Part shown: one piece after another, positions 27,751-36,448 of the stretch
Layout of the letters: every line of letters begins with the position of its first letter
Numbering within the stretch: the first letter of the stretch is position 1
The notes under the pieces: model-generated
The model's input: the letters and a program-made list of their open reading frames with translations, nothing else
Told to the model about the DNA's origin: nothing
Database searches by the model: none
Origin: a bacterium
GTDB lineage: Bacteria; Patescibacteriota; JABMPQ01; JBDRIV01
Direction: 5' to 3'
Assembly: GCA_043815505.1 (NCBI GenBank)
Contig: JBDRIV010000003.1
Span: forward strand, 1 to 60,238
Length of the DNA stretch: 60,238 nt
Program-made: the position numbers and the translations under genes

Positions 27751-27777
27751 CTTAGGACATTTCTATAGAAAAGTATC
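27751..27777. promoter_or_regulatory. Palindromic motif copy 2 (candidate ArsR operator)
   Basis: cttaggacATTTCTATAGAAAAgtatc lies 43 nt upstream of the ArsR start. Confidence 0.45.
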
Positions 27778-27990
27778 AAGGAGGTTATTTGCTCTTTATT
27801 ATCTAGGGAGATTGGTATTTCTCTCCTCTAAATAATTTAAGAATTCATGAATAAGTTTTTAATGAATTCTTTTTAATTCTTTTCTGCCATGTGTATCATG
27901 TAATGAATGTCGGATGTCTAAAATAATTAAAACCTGCTGTATTTTTTAGAATAAAACGGGGTTGTGGAAATCGAAATGAGATTTTATGAC

Positions 27991-28041
27991 AAAAAGAAAA
28001 CCCAGCTTCAGTTTTCACGCAAAGCGAGAACTTAGGCTGGG
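27991..28041 (-). terminator. Terminator-like imperfect hairpin + T-rich tail after the 312-aa GC-rich gene
   Basis: On the minus strand, a CCCAGC...GCTGGG stem with an inner TTC-CGC/GCG-GAA stem is followed by TTTTCTTTTT. Confidence 0.5.
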
Positions 28042-28081
28042 CTATTTGAATAAAGAGTGTTTTGTGAATCCTGACAAAAAC

Positions 28082-29017
28082 CTAAGCGGCTTTAGCCAGT
28101 TCGCCGATGTAGAGAACCCCCGAAGAATAGTTGCCAAGGGCGTAGCGCAGACTGCCGGCGCTGCCGAAGTCGAGCCTGTCATCATCGGTCCAGAAGTCCA
28201 GCGAGTAGTCCGCGGACTTCCAAGAAAGGGCGGCCAAATCCAAGCCCGGTGTCTTGTAGCTGTGAGTCAGAACGTCTGCCCACATGATCATGGCGATGGG
28301 GATTTCTGTACCCGGAAGAATAAACTCAGATGGCAGTGTAGCCATCTGCTCCCGATCCGCGTTGATTGAGAATCCTTGTGTGGCTTGGGGGAAGTACAGC
28401 GCGATCACTGGACCTTGCCTGCGCAATTCTCGCAATTCTTCTTGTCGCGAATCGGGTACAATCGAAACCTGACCGGACAATGTCCCTTTGCGGTGATTGA
28501 GGAACTCCCGGCCCGGGAACGCTTCCGTGTAGCTTTTCCCTACTACCTCGAGGTAACGCTCCAGCTCATCGCCAATATCATCGATTGTGAGTTGGGGCAG
28601 AACCAGAGGCAGGTGAACGCCGTTCGTGATGTTGGCCAGTTGCTCATTTTGCTTCAGCAGTTCGAGCAGACGTTCAGTCTCTGCCTTCAATTGTTTGGCA
28701 GTGATGCCGGTGTCCACACCCAGCTTGCCGTGAAGTCTCAAAATGCGGTTGGCATAGTGGACTCCCTCGGTCAGCGCGGGTTGATCCAGACGGAAATTGT
28801 AGTTGGCGTCGCACACCGCGGCTGCCAGATTTTTGGGAATGCGCCGGCCGAATTTGTTAAATAGCGACTTGATAATCTCCCGCAAAACCAACTCGGCCTC
28901 AAAATCACCACACAAAACTCGATCAAAAACGTTTTGCATAGTTTCTCCAGCAGGAATTTTCAATTTCTTAAAAAATGCGTTCACTCGCCCCAGTTCACCA
29001 AGTTGTAAAGAACCCAT
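28082..29017 (-). CDS. Hypothetical protein (312 aa), GC-rich relative to flanks, no recognisable family
   Basis: I prefer the ATG at 29017, which is preceded by AAGGAGG at 7-nt spacing. The ORF track start at 29131 extends into the promoter/5' UTR. Confidence 0.75.
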   Translation of the reverse strand: MGSLQLGELGRVNAFFKKLKIPAGETMQNVFDRVLCGDFEAELVLREIIKSLFNKFGRRIPKNLAAAVCDANYNFRLDQPALTEGVHYANRILRLHGKLGVDTGITAKQLKAETERLLELLKQNEQLANITNGVHLPLVLPQLTIDDIGDELERYLEVVGKSYTEAFPGREFLNHRKGTLSGQVSIVPDSRQEELRELRRQGPVIALYFPQATQGFSINADREQMATLPSEFILPGTEIPIAMIMWADVLTHSYKTPGLDLAALSWKSADYSLDFWTDDDRLDFGSAGSLRYALGNYSSGVLYIGELAKAA

Positions 29018-29129
29018 CGCTTTTCCTCCTTTCAGGCTTATTTTTCGCCCGAAATGTCCGCTTATATTTAAGCGGTTTACCCCTAGCTCCGAGGTCGAGA
29101 GGTCTTTTCCAAAACGGAAAAGACACTTC

Positions 29130-29158
29130 AAAATAGCTCAAATTCAAGCAATTGTCAA
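29130..29158 (-). promoter_or_regulatory. Sigma-70-type promoter (TTGACA-17-TATTTT)
   Basis: The reverse complement reads TTGACA attgcttgaatttgagc TATTTT. Confidence 0.5.
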
Positions 29159-29261
29159 ACAAGAAATAATTTCTAATAACCCATTACCTATTCTAATGTT
29201 CCTAAAAATTTGGGAACAGGAAATTGCAAAAAACATATATTCATATAGTTGAGTTCAAATC

Positions 29262-29290
29262 TTTACATTTAAACTCCCCTGTGCTATATT
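29262..29290 (+). promoter_or_regulatory. Sigma-70-type promoter (TTTACA-17-TATATT) for secG
   Basis: Read directly. It overlaps the alternative TTG start at 29289, which argues against that start. Confidence 0.5.
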
Positions 29291-29342
29291 GGAGCGGACT
29301 AAAAACGGATTAAAAACTCTTAATTCACTTAAACTCACTAGT

Positions 29343-29558
29343 ATGGAACTTGCTATCAGCATAATCGCTATTATTATCTCCGTCTTGCTAATTATCGTTA
29401 TTATGATGCAGAACCGTTCGGCCGGTCTATCACAGACTTTTGGTGGCGACGGCGGCGTGCAATTCGAAAAACGTGGTGCCGAAAAATGGATGTATTACGC
29501 CACTATCATTTTATCTATCCTATTTCTCGGAACAAGCCTAGCCTTGCTTCTGATATAA
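29343..29558 (+). CDS. secG: Preprotein translocase subunit SecG
   Basis: 71 aa from the ATG at 29343. Two TM helices flank the Gly-rich loop QNRSAGLSQTFGGDGG. Confidence 0.8.
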   Translation: MELAISIIAIIISVLLIIVIMMQNRSAGLSQTFGGDGGVQFEKRGAEKWMYYATIILSILFLGTSLALLLI

Positions 29559-29657
29559 TTTGCCATAAACTTTTCAGGGTCTTCAAACATGAAACCTTGA
29601 CAAATTTACAACTTCATATATACTAACAAGTTCGTAAACCTCATACTCTAATCAAAT

Positions 29658-31403
29658 ATGGAAGAAGAAACTAAATCTACCGGTTTGTTGAGCCGGGTAC
29701 TTAATTTTTTCAAGCAGCTGCGAAAAATTCCTTATGTTTTAAATAAGAAAGAATACCGCTTATTTAAGATAGTTTTTGCTGTTATTGTGATTATGTTAGG
29801 TATTTCTATTTGGCAATTTGTTATTGCTAAAACTGATGAAGTAGCTAAACCGGGTGGAACTTACACCGAAGGAATTAAGGGTCAGCCCGAATACATTAAT
29901 CCGCTTTTAGCCCAAACCAATGATGCCGACATGGATTTGTCGGAACTAATTTTTTCTGGCTTGATGCGCTACAACGGTCAGCAGGAATTAAAACCTGATT
30001 TGGCCGAAGATTTTCCCGAAGTTTCTGAGGACGAAAAAAATTATGTTTTCCATTTGCGCCAAAATGTAACTTGGCACGACGGCACTCCTTTTACAGCTGA
30101 TGATGTTTTATTCACCGTACAAAGTATTAAAGATAGACAATGGCAAAGTCCGCTGGCTCAAAATTTTTCCGGTGTGGCAGTGGAAAAAGTTGATGACTAC
30201 ACAATTAAATTTACTTTGGTTAAAGATGCCTTCTCCCCCTTCTTGAAAGAAAATACAACTTTTGGAATTATTCCTAAACATTTATGGGAAGGTGTGCTGG
30301 CAAAAAATGCTCGGCTTTCTGAATTAAATGTAAAACCAATTGGTACCGGACCTTATATGGTAAATCAATTCCAAAAAGATAAAACTTATGGCCGTATCAT
30401 TTCTTATCAATTGGAACCGCATAATAATTATCATTTGGGACAACCTAATTTGAAAAAATTAAATATCAACTTTTATGAGGATTATGATGAAATAATTTCT
30501 GCTTATAATGCTGGTGAAGTTGATGGCATTAGTTATATTTCACCAGCTAAGCGCGGAGACATTACTCGCAAGATTAATTTTTACGATCCAGGTCTTCCTC
30601 GCTATTATGCAATTTTCTTTAACAACAAACGCAACGAGAATTTGCAGGAAGATGCGGTGCGTCAAGCTTTAGCTCACGCTGTTGATCGTCAGCGGATTGT
30701 AGATGAAGTTTTATATGGACAAGGCGAAGTGGTAAATTCTCCCATTCTGGCTAATTTTCTTGGTCACAATCCGGAAGTTAAAGTTTATAAATTCAACAAG
30801 AAAAAAGCTGAAGAAACCTTGCACAGCGCTGGTTGGAATAGAATTGATGAAGAAGGACATCGTTGGAAAGGTGAAACTAGATTGGAAGTTACTTTGTATG
30901 TAAACGATCAGCAACAATTTATTGATATTGCCAATATTATTAAAGAATCGTGGAATGCCATTGGCGTACAAACCAATGTTCAAAGTTTTGATTCCACAAC
31001 TCTACAAACCGATTATATAAAACCACGCGAATACGAAGCTCTGCTCTTTGGTCAATTGCTTGGACATGATCCTGACCCTTACATTTTCTGGCACTCTTCA
31101 CAACGCACTGACCCAGGTTTAAATTTATCTTCTTATCATGATGATTCAATTGATCGTTTACTTGATGAAGCACGCAAAACAAATGATGAAGAACAACGCA
31201 ATTTAAAATATTTGGATTTCCAAAATCGTTTTGCTGAAGCCATTCCGGCCCTACTTTTATACAGCCCGACTTATTCCTATGGCAACCGCACAAAAATTAA
31301 AGGTGTGGATCTGGATTATATTTCCCTGCCCAGTGATCGTTTTACCGACGTTCATCTCTGGCATATTAAAACTAAGAGAGTTTGGAAAAGCTCAGACAAG
31401 TAG
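29658..31403 (+). CDS. ABC transporter substrate-binding protein, family 5 (peptide/nickel type), N-terminally membrane anchored
   Basis: 581 aa. One N-terminal TM helix followed by an SBP_bac_5-like sequence. No permease or ATPase genes are adjacent. Confidence 0.8.
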   Translation: MEEETKSTGLLSRVLNFFKQLRKIPYVLNKKEYRLFKIVFAVIVIMLGISIWQFVIAKTDEVAKPGGTYTEGIKGQPEYINPLLAQTNDADMDLSELIFSGLMRYNGQQELKPDLAEDFPEVSEDEKNYVFHLRQNVTWHDGTPFTADDVLFTVQSIKDRQWQSPLAQNFSGVAVEKVDDYTIKFTLVKDAFSPFLKENTTFGIIPKHLWEGVLAKNARLSELNVKPIGTGPYMVNQFQKDKTYGRIISYQLEPHNNYHLGQPNLKKLNINFYEDYDEIISAYNAGEVDGISYISPAKRGDITRKINFYDPGLPRYYAIFFNNKRNENLQEDAVRQALAHAVDRQRIVDEVLYGQGEVVNSPILANFLGHNPEVKVYKFNKKKAEETLHSAGWNRIDEEGHRWKGETRLEVTLYVNDQQQFIDIANIIKESWNAIGVQTNVQSFDSTTLQTDYIKPREYEALLFGQLLGHDPDPYIFWHSSQRTDPGLNLSSYHDDSIDRLLDEARKTNDEEQRNLKYLDFQNRFAEAIPALLLYSPTYSYGNRTKIKGVDLDYISLPSDRFTDVHLWHIKTKRVWKSSDK

Positions 31404-31407
31404 TTTG

Positions 31408-31536
31408 CAATTCAAACGAGGAGCGCATCCAGGGAAAACTGGAGCTGGAGAGCACGCGTTTGGATTGAGAGGAGGAATAATACGTAAATCGAAACAGTTC
31501 AGCTTCGCTAAACTGCGTAGATTGAAGTGTTATTCC
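31408..31536 (+). ncRNA. Candidate structured RNA (two extended stem-loops) immediately 5' of tRNA-Leu
   Basis: Helix 31408-31418/31457-31467 (11 bp) and helix 31474-31483/31527-31536 (10 bp) each contain a U-G pair valid only on the + strand. The region is visibly GC-richer than its flanks. Confidence 0.35.
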
Positions 31537-31541
31537 GACGA

Positions 31542-31626
31542 GCCGGGGTGGTGGAATTGGCAGACACGCAGCGTTCAGGTCGCTGTGGACTTTAAGTCCT
31601 TGAGAGTTCAACTCTCTCTCCCGGCA
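31542..31626 (+). tRNA. tRNA-Leu (anticodon CAG), no encoded CCA
   Basis: Acceptor GCCGGGG/TCCCGGC, anticodon stem CAGCG/CGCTG with loop TTCAGGT, variable arm GGAC-TTTAA-GTCC, T arm GAGAG-TTCAACT-CTCTC. Confidence 0.9.
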
Positions 31627-31751
31627 CTTCGACTTTGCTTGGCGTAAACAAAATTTCAATATTCAAATTTATATTAACCAAGCTTTAAGCTTGTTTAACT
31701 AACTAATTAACAATTAACTAAAAACTCATACTTACTCTGTGAGTTAATACT

Positions 31752-33572
31752 ATGGTAAGAAAATCTAATCAAAGAAGCGCCTCTCGGCGCAAATCTTCTG
31801 GTAACAGAAAAAGACATACCAGTAGACAAACACAAAAATCAAACAAACAACAATCAAGAAATTCCCATCAGCGTTACAAAACACTGATTGATCACCGATC
31901 GCGAGACGGCAAAGCAAAATTGCGCGTCATTCCGCTCGGTGGTTGGGAAGAAGTCGGTCGCAATATGATGCTAGTTGAATACAACCGCGACATCATTATT
32001 GTTGATATGGGCTTACAATTTCCAGAGGAAGATCAATTAGGAATTGATTATTTAATTCCCAACATTTCCTATCTCAAAGGAAAAGAAAAATATGTTCGCG
32101 GGGTGGTAATCACTCATGGTCATTATGATCACATTGGTGCTATTCCTCATTTGATGGAAAAAATCGGCAACCCGACAATTTTCACCATGCCTTTAACGCG
32201 CGCTATAATTGAAAAACGTCAGGAAGAATATAAAGGAAAAGCTCCACTGAATATTTATACAATCTCAGAAGATGATGAAATAAAACTGGGATCATTTTCC
32301 TTAGAATTTTTCCGTGTAAACCACAACATCCCTGATTCCATGGGTGTGATTATTAATACTCCGGAAGGACGGATTGTGCATACTGGTGATTTCAAATTTG
32401 ATCATGCTCCTGTTAATGACGAACCGGCCAACATTGCTAAAATGGCCAGAGTTGGCGGTAAAGGAGTTTTGCTTCTTTGTGCTGATTCAACTAATGCGGC
32501 TCAAGAAGGTTATCAAGTTTCAGAATCAACCATTCAAAAAACTTTGCACAAAGTTATTGCCGAAGCGCATGGACGCGTAATCGTTTCCACTTTTGCTTCT
32601 CTTTTAACTCGGGCACAACAAATAATTAACATTGCTGAAAATACTGGCAGAAAAGTCGTAATCGAAGGCCATAGCTTAAAAACCAATGTTGATATTGCTA
32701 AAGAAATCGGCTATCTAAAAATGGACAAGAAAACTATTGTTTCCATTAAACAGGCTGATGATTTACCGGATAATAAAGTTATAATTCTTTGCACTGGTGC
32801 GCAAGCTGAGGAACGAGCTGTTCTAATGCGCATTGCCAATAAAGAACATAAGGACATTGAAGTAGAACCTGGTGATACAGTAATATTTTCTTCTTCGGTT
32901 GTGCCTGGCAATGAACGCTCGGTACAAAAATTGAAAGATACTTTGCTCCGCCAAGGCGCTGTGCTTTTCCACAAAGATATGTTGGATGTGCACACTTCCG
33001 GTCATGCTCGTCAAGAAGATTTGCGCTTTTTAATTTCTCTCATCAAACCAAAATATCATATGCCAATTTACGGCAACCACTTTTTATTGCGCGCTCATGC
33101 TGATGTGGCGCTGAACACCGGCATAGATAGAAATCATATTTTTGTTTGTGACAATGGTAGTGTGTTGGAATTTGTTGGCGGTGAAGGAAAAATGAGCAAA
33201 GAAACTGTCATGGCCGAAGCGGTTATGGTTGATGGTTTAGGTGTTGGTGACATTTCCAATGTGGTCTTGCGCGATCGTAAAATGATGTCGGAAGATGGTA
33301 TGATTGTAGTTATTGCTACGGTGGAAAGAAAAACCGGCAAGCTTTTAAATAGTCCTGATATTATTTCTCGCGGTTTCATTTACATGAAAGGTTCTAAAGG
33401 CTTAGTTGAACAAACGAGAAAAAGAGTTAAACAGATTTTGGTTGATAAAGACCCTACCTCATCTGCCAATGAAACGTATTTGAAGAAAAAATTGCAAAGT
33501 GATTTAGGAAAATTCCTTTTTCAGAAGACAGAACGTCGTCCCATGATTCTACCTGTCATCATACAAGTATGA
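31752..33572 (+). CDS. rnj: Ribonuclease J with a basic N-terminal extension
   Basis: 606 aa. HGHYDHIG metallo-beta-lactamase motif and beta-CASP architecture. The first ~45 aa are rich in Arg, Lys, Ser and Gln. Confidence 0.88.
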   Translation: MVRKSNQRSASRRKSSGNRKRHTSRQTQKSNKQQSRNSHQRYKTLIDHRSRDGKAKLRVIPLGGWEEVGRNMMLVEYNRDIIIVDMGLQFPEEDQLGIDYLIPNISYLKGKEKYVRGVVITHGHYDHIGAIPHLMEKIGNPTIFTMPLTRAIIEKRQEEYKGKAPLNIYTISEDDEIKLGSFSLEFFRVNHNIPDSMGVIINTPEGRIVHTGDFKFDHAPVNDEPANIAKMARVGGKGVLLLCADSTNAAQEGYQVSESTIQKTLHKVIAEAHGRVIVSTFASLLTRAQQIINIAENTGRKVVIEGHSLKTNVDIAKEIGYLKMDKKTIVSIKQADDLPDNKVIILCTGAQAEERAVLMRIANKEHKDIEVEPGDTVIFSSSVVPGNERSVQKLKDTLLRQGAVLFHKDMLDVHTSGHARQEDLRFLISLIKPKYHMPIYGNHFLLRAHADVALNTGIDRNHIFVCDNGSVLEFVGGEGKMSKETVMAEAVMVDGLGVGDISNVVLRDRKMMSEDGMIVVIATVERKTGKLLNSPDIISRGFIYMKGSKGLVEQTRKRVKQILVDKDPTSSANETYLKKKLQSDLGKFLFQKTERRPMILPVIIQV

Positions 33573-33662
33573 TGGCCTATGGCATAGAGCGAATAGCTTC
33601 TGGTAACTATTGTGTCATTTGCTATTTGCCATTAGCCCTAAGCTTATGAATAATAGCGAAAA
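33572..33662. repeat. Gene-less pair of inverted heptamer arrays (same family as 1966-2411)
   Basis: The left arm tggccta tggcata gagcgaa tagc... faces the right arm gctattt gccatta gccctaa gcttatg. The arms are partly complementary. Confidence 0.7.
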
Positions 33663-33698
33663 CTTTACTTTAGTCAGTCATTTTTGTAAACTAAAGCT

Positions 33699-34703
33699 AT
33701 GAAAAGAGTTTTTAGCGGCATTCAGCCGTCAGGAGAACTTCATATTGGTAATTACTTTGGTGCTATAAAAAACTGGGTGGAACTGCAAAAGACGCACGAA
33801 AGCTTTTTTTGTGTTGTAGATTTGCATGCTATAACAGTTCCCTACGACACCAAAAAATTACAGGAAAGAATTCGCCAAGCGGTAATGCTTTATTTAGCCT
33901 GCGGAATTGATCCTAAAAAATCCACCATTTTTATTCAATCTCATATAAAAGAGCATGCCGAACTTGCCTGGTTGTTAAATACCGTGACTCAGATTTCAAA
34001 ACTTGAACGCATGACTCAGTTTAAGGATAAAAAACAACAGCATGCTAAAAACATCAACGCTGGTCTGTTAAATTATCCAATTCTTCAAGCAGCTGATATT
34101 TTGCTTTACAACACTGACATGGTGCCAGTTGGTGAAGATCAATATCAGCATATTGAACTGGCCAGAAAAATTGCTCGTAAATTTAATAATCAGTTTGGTG
34201 AAGTTCTAAAAGTTCCTGACGATCCTAAAGAAACACATTGGGACTCAAATGCTTCTCACGCCGCTGTTAAAATCATGTCTCTAACTGAACCTAGTAAAAA
34301 GATGTCTAAGTCGCTGGGTATAAAAAGTTATATTGGTTTGTTAGATGATGAAAAAACTGTGCTAAGCAAAATTAAATCGGCAGTTACTGGTTCGGAACCA
34401 AACATTGCTAAATCAGCCGGAAATTTAATTGGTTTATATTCAATGGTAAATAATTACAGTCGTAAAGATTTAGAAAATATGAAACAAGTGGATGATTTGA
34501 AAAAATATAACGGAAATTTTTCTCAATTCAAAGAAGATTTAGCTGCAAAAGTTTCTCAGCTACTTAAACCTATTCAAGATAAATATAAAGAATTAGACAA
34601 AGATTCTAAATTTGTTGACAAAGTAATTGCCGACGGAACTGCCAAAGCTCAAGCAGAAGCTTCAGCAACGATGGCCAAAGTTAAACAAGCAATGGGATTA
34701 TAA
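33699..34703 (+). CDS. trpS: Tryptophan--tRNA ligase
   Basis: 334 aa. It has a HIGH-type motif (HIGNYFGA) and KMSKS. Confidence 0.93.
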   Translation: MKRVFSGIQPSGELHIGNYFGAIKNWVELQKTHESFFCVVDLHAITVPYDTKKLQERIRQAVMLYLACGIDPKKSTIFIQSHIKEHAELAWLLNTVTQISKLERMTQFKDKKQQHAKNINAGLLNYPILQAADILLYNTDMVPVGEDQYQHIELARKIARKFNNQFGEVLKVPDDPKETHWDSNASHAAVKIMSLTEPSKKMSKSLGIKSYIGLLDDEKTVLSKIKSAVTGSEPNIAKSAGNLIGLYSMVNNYSRKDLENMKQVDDLKKYNGNFSQFKEDLAAKVSQLLKPIQDKYKELDKDSKFVDKVIADGTAKAQAEASATMAKVKQAMGL

Positions 34704-34716
34704 CAAATAACAAAAA

Positions 34717-34742
34717 CCCCGCCGAATGCGCGGGGCTTTTTT
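34717..34742 (+). terminator. Rho-independent terminator (potentially bidirectional)
   Basis: AAAAA-CCCCGC...GCGGGG-CTTTTTT lies between the convergent trpS and pgm-like genes. Confidence 0.85.
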
Positions 34743-34750
34743 AATTACAT

Positions 34751-36124
34751 TTATTCTTCCAAATCAGCAAAGTCTATTTCTTTATACTCTCGCAGTTTGT
34801 CGAGCATTAGTTTTTTATTTTTTTCCAGTGCTTCTGGCGTTGTTCCTTCGGCTCTAAAAATTATAGCCGGTTGTGTGTTAGAAACTCGTACCAATCCCCA
34901 ACCATCTCCAAACAGAACTCTGGCACCATCCACATCTTCAACTTCATATTTGGTTTTGAAGTATTCTACCAACTCCGCCACAATTTCATTTTTTCTACTT
35001 TCTGGTGAAACTGCTAAACGATATTCTTGCGTAGCATAATACTTTGGTGCATCGGATAACATTTCTGTTAATGATTTATCGTTTTCAGCTAAAATTCTCA
35101 GTAATCTGCCAGCAGCATAATAAGCATCATCGAAACCATAATACTCGTCGCGGAAAAACATATGACCAGACATCTCACCAGTTAGTTTAGCATTTTCCTC
35201 AAGCATTTTGGCTTTAATATGAGAGTGACCAGTTTTGTAAAACATTGGTTTACCGCCGTGAGCCTTAACATCATCAACCAAACTTTGTGAACATTTAACT
35301 TCAATAATTGCCAGCTCTCCTGGATATTTTGCCAATAATTCACGGAAAAACAGAATTAGCATCATGTCGCCCCAAATTATATTTCCTTCGTTATCAACCA
35401 CACCCAACCGATCAGCATCACCATCAAATCCCAAACCAATGTCAGCTTTTTCTTCTTTAACTTTTTTAACCAAGTCCTGCAAGTTTTTTTCTTTCACTGG
35501 ATCAGGTTCATGGTTAGGAAAACTTGGATCAATATCACAGTACATAGGAACAACTTCCATGCCATATGCTTCCTTTAAAACTTTCTCAGCATACAGAGAA
35601 GCTGTGCCATTTCCACAATCAACCACAACTTTCATTTTCTTTTTAATTTTAATTTTGTCTTTCAAATTCTGCAAATAATCAGCTTCGATTTCTCGCTTCT
35701 CCATACTTCCCTTACCTTCTAAAAATTCTCCCTTTTTCATAACTGCTAAAACATTTTGAATCTCTTCACCGTGCATGGTAGCCTCACCCAAACCAATCTT
35801 AAAACCATTGTATTCTGCTGAATTATGAGAAGCTGTTATCATCATGCCACCTTCAGTTTCATATTTTACGCGAGCATAATAAAAAACAGGGGTAACAGTT
35901 TCGCCAATATCAATAACTTTGCAACCGCAAGACATTAAACCTTTGGTTAGAGCTGCAAATATTCTGTCGGAACTTTCGCGTGTGTCGCGGCCAATAATTA
36001 TATCAGCACCTTTCATTATGGTTCCGTAGGCTTTGCCAAGTAATTCCGCCACCTCATCAGTTATTTCTGTGTCAGCAATGCCACGAATGTCATATTTTTT
36101 AAAAATTGATTCTTCTATTTTCAT
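34751..36124 (-). CDS. Phosphomannomutase/phosphoglucomutase family protein
   Basis: 457 aa. It has the active-site loop TASHNSAEYNGFK and the metal loop GFDGDADR. Confidence 0.88.
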   Translation of the reverse strand: MKIEESIFKKYDIRGIADTEITDEVAELLGKAYGTIMKGADIIIGRDTRESSDRIFAALTKGLMSCGCKVIDIGETVTPVFYYARVKYETEGGMMITASHNSAEYNGFKIGLGEATMHGEEIQNVLAVMKKGEFLEGKGSMEKREIEADYLQNLKDKIKIKKKMKVVVDCGNGTASLYAEKVLKEAYGMEVVPMYCDIDPSFPNHEPDPVKEKNLQDLVKKVKEEKADIGLGFDGDADRLGVVDNEGNIIWGDMMLILFFRELLAKYPGELAIIEVKCSQSLVDDVKAHGGKPMFYKTGHSHIKAKMLEENAKLTGEMSGHMFFRDEYYGFDDAYYAAGRLLRILAENDKSLTEMLSDAPKYYATQEYRLAVSPESRKNEIVAELVEYFKTKYEVEDVDGARVLFGDGWGLVRVSNTQPAIIFRAEGTTPEALEKNKKLMLDKLREYKEIDFADLEE

Positions 36125-36146
36125 TTTTTGTTTGTTAATAATAAAT

Positions 36147-36165
36147 AACCCTAGAATGTAGGGTT
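36147..36165 (-). terminator. Terminator-like hairpin after rpsR
   Basis: AACCCTA-loop-TAGGGTT is followed on the minus strand by ATTTATTATT. Confidence 0.45.
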
Positions 36166-36171
36166 AATTTA

Positions 36172-36378
36172 TTAGTGCGAAATAAACGGCAATAGTGCCA
36201 AGAACCTCGCACGTTTGATAGCACATGTTACTTGCCTTTGGTGTTTCGCACAGAGTCCTGTGCGTCGGCGTGAAACTATGCGGGCAAATGGTGACATAAA
36301 GCGCTTCAGTAATTCCACGTCTTTATAATCAACATTATCAATGGCTGCCGCGCATAACTTACAAACACGTCTGGACAT
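36172..36378 (-). CDS. rpsR: 30S ribosomal protein S18
   Basis: 68 aa. YKDVELLKRF...GLCAKHQRQV...AIKRARFLALLPF. Confidence 0.93.
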   Translation of the reverse strand: MSRRVCKLCAAAIDNVDYKDVELLKRFMSPFARIVSRRRTGLCAKHQRQVTCAIKRARFLALLPFISH

Positions 36379-36448
36379 AAAAGATTGTAATTAAAAATTA
36401 AAAATGTAAAAAAGTTATTTTTCTCTTTACTCTTTTATCTTTTCTCTC

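Noticed and set aside
29018-29131. Longer start (29131) for the GC-rich gene
   Set aside because: The extension covers the predicted promoter and 5' UTR hairpins. The internal ATG at 29017 has a perfect AAGGAGG at ideal spacing.
27986-29252. Plus-strand ORFs 27986..28369, 28284..28472, 28376..28864 and 28803..29252
   Set aside because: All are antisense to the 312-aa GC-rich gene, lack ribosome-binding sites, and overlap one another.
31231-31659. 138-aa plus-strand and 95-aa minus-strand ORFs
   Set aside because: Both run through tRNA-Leu and the structured GC-rich spacer. The first also overlaps the end of the substrate-binding-protein gene in another frame.
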